NCBI GenBank assembly: GCA_964457525.1
Contig: CAYWGS010000060.1
Span: forward strand, 1-8,769
Source: an uncultured Erysipelotrichaceae bacterium
Lineage (GTDB): Bacteria; Bacillota_I; Bacilli_A; Erysipelotrichales; Erysipelotrichaceae
DNA length: 8,769 nucleotides
Direction: 5' to 3'
A program made the translations under genes and the position numbers. Under the pieces are notes generated by a model, which saw nothing but the letters and a program-made list of their open reading frames with translations, did no database searches and had not been told where the DNA came from. Shown piece by piece: positions 7,009 through 8,769 of this stretch (position 1 is the first letter of the stretch; each line of letters begins with the position of its first letter).

Positions 7009-7356
7009 CTATCGTTTTGTTTTTAAACTAGGTAATACCTTGGAATAGATAGCATAGGTTATGGTTAAAATAATGATAGAAAAAGTCAAACCAGGATAGA
7101 AACCAAATCTCTTAATTAAATAAGGTAAGACAATGAAGAAGGTTAGAGAAGGGATAATCATCCAAAATATTGAATTAGATAAATTAATAACCTTTTGTAT
7201 ATCTTGAGTTTCTTGGTATAACCAAATCATAGCTAAAATGGATGTCAAAGGCAAAGAGGCAATCATTCCACCTAACCCTGGAAATCGTTTACTAACAGTC
7301 GAAATTATCGCAATAAGTAATGCAGAAATTACTGTCTTAATAATAAATTGTGTCAT
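7009..7356 (-). CDS. Small integral membrane protein (about 4 TM), DUF3147-like
   Basis: The 115-aa protein has four hydrophobic segments. Its size and layout (MTQFIIKTVISALLIAIISTVSKRF..LGGMIASLPLTS...) resemble the DUF3147 family from memory, but this is not searchable here. The ATG overlaps the upstream stop (ATGA, 7353-7356) and AGGAGG lies inside the upstream gene's 3' end. Confidence 0.7.
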   Translation of the reverse strand: MTQFIIKTVISALLIAIISTVSKRFPGLGGMIASLPLTSILAMIWLYQETQDIQKVINLSNSIFWMIIPSLTFFIVLPYLIKRFGFYPGLTFSIIILTITYAIYSKVLPSLKTKR

Positions 7357-8201
7357 ATGTCCTCCTTGAAGATTTCATTGAGTGTGTATAAAGAAGTTTC
7401 TCTTCGCTTAGGATCAGATAATGTAATCAATGCTTTCCATAATGCCCATGCTTTCGCACGAGCGATACATGCATTATCTATGTTGAGTGTTTTAAGAAAG
7501 ATTTCTCTTGATGCTTCATCAAAATATGTCCAAGCCATGACATAATCACATGCAGGATCACCCACAGCCATATTTCCAAAATCAATGACCGCATGTAATC
7601 TTCCATTTTTAACCAATATATTATCTTTCTCGAAATCTCCATGAATCCATGAATTTGGTCCATGAAATGTTGAAGTTATTCCTTTATTCCACATCTTATA
7701 ACATTTTTCTTGATCAAATTCTGTACAATCGTGTATCGCTTTTAATGTCTCTTCGTGATAGACAGATAGGTTACCACCACGGTAGAAATTATGTTCACCC
7801 GCTTCTATTCCATTTATAGTATCACACGCTTTTAATTCCAATAGAAACTTAGCACAATCATAGGCTAATCGTTTTTTATCACAATTGTGATTAATTGATT
7901 CACCTTCAATCCACTTATTAATTGAAAAGTGAAAAGGGTATAAATCAGATGGTTTACCTAAATGGAATGGTTCTGTTATTTGTACCGATAGTTGAGATTG
8001 TAAGATAGAACAGAATTGGTATTCCTTTAATACTTGAGTTGAATATTCAATTGCACTTGGGAAACGTAATGAAAATTCATTTCCTAAGTGAAATGTTCGA
8101 TTATCATGTCCACTCTTGTAAACCATACTTATTTCATGATTTGCATAGTGTGGGAATTGGCTAGATACTATTTTCTTTACGGTTTGAACATTGAGTTCCA
8201 T
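7353..8201 (-). CDS. Aminoglycoside/antibiotic phosphotransferase (APH) family kinase; substrate unknown
   Basis: The Brenner catalytic motif is HGDFEKDNILV and the metal-binding segment is VIDFGNMAVGDPACDY. The N-terminal part VKKIVSSQFPHYANHEISMVYKSGHDNRTFHLGNEFSLRFPS...YSTQVLKEYQF matches the common APH-family pattern (..QFP.......I......G.DN..F.LG.....R.P......Y...V.KE). The track ORF extends to TTG 8255. ATG 8246, 8222 and 8201 are all possible, and 8201 (MELNVQTVKKIV) fits family N-terminal length best. Confidence 0.85.
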   Translation of the reverse strand: MELNVQTVKKIVSSQFPHYANHEISMVYKSGHDNRTFHLGNEFSLRFPSAIEYSTQVLKEYQFCSILQSQLSVQITEPFHLGKPSDLYPFHFSINKWIEGESINHNCDKKRLAYDCAKFLLELKACDTINGIEAGEHNFYRGGNLSVYHEETLKAIHDCTEFDQEKCYKMWNKGITSTFHGPNSWIHGDFEKDNILVKNGRLHAVIDFGNMAVGDPACDYVMAWTYFDEASREIFLKTLNIDNACIARAKAWALWKALITLSDPKRRETSLYTLNEIFKEDI

Positions 8202-8207
8202 AATTTT

Positions 8208-8236
8208 ATTATGAAGTGACATGAAGCAATACACAA
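8208..8236 (-). promoter_or_regulatory. Candidate promoter positioned to give a leaderless APH-family mRNA
   Basis: On the minus strand: TTGTGT (complement of 8231-8236), a 17-nt spacer, CATAAT (complement of 8208-8213), then 6 nt before ATG 8201. No SD precedes any candidate start of this gene. Confidence 0.3.
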
Positions 8237-8331
8237 GTTTAATCATCTTCCCCAATTGATTTCTAATATCAAATGTATATGAGTCTTATTTTATGAATGT
8301 TTTTGATATAGTCAAATCAAAGGAGAATTCT

Positions 8332-8754
8332 ATGGCAAAATTGAACATTAAGATTGATACACTTGTACATGCCCCACTTGATTATGTATGGGAAACATGG
8401 AACACACCAAGTCATATAATACATTGGAATCATGCGTCAGATGATTGGCATTCACCTAAAGCGGATAGTAACTTTGTGGAAGGTGGTCGATTTGTATATC
8501 GTATGGAAGCCAAAGATAATAGTTTTGGTTTTGATTTCTCTGGAACATTTGTAGAGATTGTAGATAAAAAGAGAATTGTGACTCGATTAGACGATGATCG
8601 TATCGTTCAAACTGAGTTTATACAAGAAAATGATGGTGTTCGTATCATAGAAACATTTGAAGCTGAAGATGAAAACTCAGTTGAAATGCAAAAAGAAGGA
8701 TGGTATGCCATTCTAAACAACTACAAATTGTATACTGAAAGCAAATATATCTAA
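8332..8754 (+). CDS. SRPBCC superfamily protein, AHSA1 (activator of Hsp90 ATPase homologue 1-like) type
   Basis: MAKLNIKIDTLVHAPLDYVWETWNTPSHIIHWNHASDDWHSPKADSNFVEGGRFVYRMEAKDNSFGFDFSGTFVEIV...EMQKEGWYAILNNYKLY matches the well-conserved bacterial AHSA1/SRPBCC pattern (W.....I..WN.AS.DWH.P.A......GG.F..RMEAKDGS.GFDF.G.Y..V....GWQ.ILDN.K.Y). AGGAGA (8321-8326) lies 5 nt upstream of ATG 8332, so the track start at 8293 is rejected. Confidence 0.9.
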   Translation: MAKLNIKIDTLVHAPLDYVWETWNTPSHIIHWNHASDDWHSPKADSNFVEGGRFVYRMEAKDNSFGFDFSGTFVEIVDKKRIVTRLDDDRIVQTEFIQENDGVRIIETFEAEDENSVEMQKEGWYAILNNYKLYTESKYI

Positions 8755-8769
8755 AAACCACTAATTCAA

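Noticed and set aside
7348-7663. ORFs 7348-7545 (+) and 7478-7663 (-) overlapping the kinase gene
   Set aside because: One is antisense and the other is an alternative frame of the APH-family CDS, whose catalytic motifs fix the true frame. Neither has translation signals.
8256-8284. Small dyad TTGAT-N7-ATCAA and a possible -35/-10 for the SRPBCC gene
   Set aside because: A 5-bp dyad is expected by chance in AT-rich DNA. TTGATT (8256-8261) has no well-spaced -10, since the candidates sit at 14-15 nt. I therefore do not call a promoter.
1-8769. Search for mobile elements, CRISPR repeats, tRNA/rRNA genes, toxin-antitoxin pairs, or defence/novel-system signatures (nucleases, ATPases, reverse transcriptases, long repeats)
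   Set aside because: I found no direct or inverted repeats longer than the three hairpins and dyads reported, no recombinase, nuclease or NTPase motifs, and no unexplained non-coding stretch longer than about 110 nt. The grouping of drug-related families (MFS, APH, DHFR-like, PBP) is suggestive, but these are common chromosomal housekeeping paralogues, so I do not claim a resistance island.

Overview
This is an AT-rich window (about one-third G+C by eye) that looks like low-GC Gram-positive (Bacillota-like) chromosome. It uses the standard code, has strong AGGAGG-type ribosome-binding sites, and is almost fully coding. I support nine intact CDSs and one pseudogene. They are: a truncated GntR-family regulator (1-135, -), an Fpg/Nei-fold protein (248-1069, +), a DHA3/Mef-EntS-like MFS pump (1114-2328, +), and a convergent second MFS transporter (2325-3491, -). 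Next come a NifX/NifB-type (Nitro_FeMo-Co fold) gene broken by two in-frame stop codons (3564-3899, +) and a class A penicillin-binding protein (3925-6402, -). A tightly packed minus-strand trio follows: an APH-family kinase (7353-8201), a DUF3147-like membrane protein (7009-7356) and a RibD_C/DHFR-family reductase (6473-7000). The last CDS is an SRPBCC/AHSA1-type protein (8332-8754, +). I could also read several regulatory elements: a perfect 12-bp inverted repeat in the gntR/fpg-like divergent promoter region, two near-consensus sigma-A promoters, and two bidirectional hairpin terminators. I found no CRISPR array, transposase, integrase, tRNA/rRNA gene, toxin-antitoxin pair or recognisable defence genes, so I cannot support a novel multi-gene system here. 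Four local oddities deserve a second look. The Fpg/Nei homologue lacks the catalytic N-terminal proline. The PBP carries an Ig/cadherin-like C-terminal module. The NifX-like gene has two nonsense codons but is otherwise intact. The kinase, membrane protein and reductase are translationally coupled. All family assignments come from motifs read by eye, because no searches could be run.
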